Origin: Harriotta raleighana
Lineage: Eukaryota
Assembly (NCBI GenBank): GCA_050575255.1
Contig: JBNZDD010013730.1
Location: forward strand, 7,966,012-8,030,011
Direction: 5' to 3'
DNA length: 64,000 nt
Part shown: piece by piece, positions 63,179 to 64,000 of the stretch
Position numbering within the stretch: the first letter of the stretch is position 1
Layout of the letters: every line of letters starts with the position of its first letter
Program-made: the position numbers and the translations under genes
Notes under the pieces: model-generated
Seen by the model: only the letters and a program-made list of their open reading frames with translations
What the model was told of the DNA's origin: nothing
Database searches by the model: none

Positions 63179-64000
63179 CCGACCTCAGAGGCAGTGGCAT
63201 TATCAACAGCAGAACCTTATTATTGCAAGCTTCATGTTTTGAGGCTTCTCTATCTTCCCTGACAATCTGGGTCTGTTGATCTTTAAACACAAAGTACTGT
63301 ACTAGCTGCTCTATGAAACATTTATCACTATAGTTATCCATTATGTGAAGTTCATGTTGAACACCAGTCTATGATTATAGGCCCTGATAGGACGAGCTGT
63401 GGTTTCACCTGGGCATGCAGAAGCTCTGAACAAAGTGGAAGAGAAATATCAAAGATGACTGCATGCTGTCTTGTTAGAGTTTCATTCAGCTGGTGAAGAA
63501 CCTAAGGGGTCACATTACCCAATGTCAGGCACGTACACTATTAATGTAAAACAATCAAAAGCAAGACAAGCGATTTAGACAAGCATTAAATTAATTATGA
63601 TAAGTAAATTACTGAGGTTCTCTTACATTTACTTTATAATATGAATTGACAGATTATGCATGATAATGGCATCTGCTTCTTAAATTTGATGGGGATGAAA
63701 AATGTGGAATAGCCTTGGAATAAAGTAAAAGGTTCATTTAAAAACTTCAGGACACATGCATGTGATGTGAACAATTAATGAAACTAATGGAAGCAGCAGC
63801 ATTTCATATCAGGTTACATTTCAACAACCTTCACACATTTCACATCACCTTGCAAGCAAGCATTGCATTACTTTAAGAATAGCATAGTAGTTATTTGCTT
63901 CGTTCTCCTTAGTCCACCTTTCTGTGAGATTAGGTGAATACATGCGTGTATGTTAGGATTTTCAAAATTATAAACCATTTAAAATAATGCACATTGTTTA

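Overview
This is AT-rich, CpG-depleted vertebrate non-coding DNA, either a large intron or a gene desert. The repeat repertoire points to a cartilaginous fish, possibly a chimaera; this is inferred from remembered repeat families, not from a search. The repertoire comprises L2 and CR1 LINE fragments, tRNA-headed SINEs with a partial Deu-like domain and an L2-type stem-loop tail, SacSINE1-like pieces, and small MITEs. No intact host protein-coding gene, tRNA, rRNA or CRISPR array can be supported. The longer ORFs in the track are decayed L2/CR1 ORF2 pieces, SINE read-throughs or chance ORFs. Ten single N bases occur, nine of them between near-identical copies, and these look like unmerged haplotype/contig overlaps. 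The most notable structures are: (1) two SINE copies 22 kb apart that share about 175 bp of otherwise unique 3' flank, one capped by a second SINE tail (candidate 3' transduction or template switch); (2) further A-X-A structures with unusually long flanking duplications; (3) three MITE types; (4) a coding-looking 107-codon minus-strand frame with a faint Hint-domain-like motif; (5) many repeat-free, TF-motif-dense blocks that resemble conserved developmental enhancers. No clearly novel multi-gene system is evident. Repeat boundaries are approximate (about 10-20 bp) unless defined by TIRs or exact repeats.
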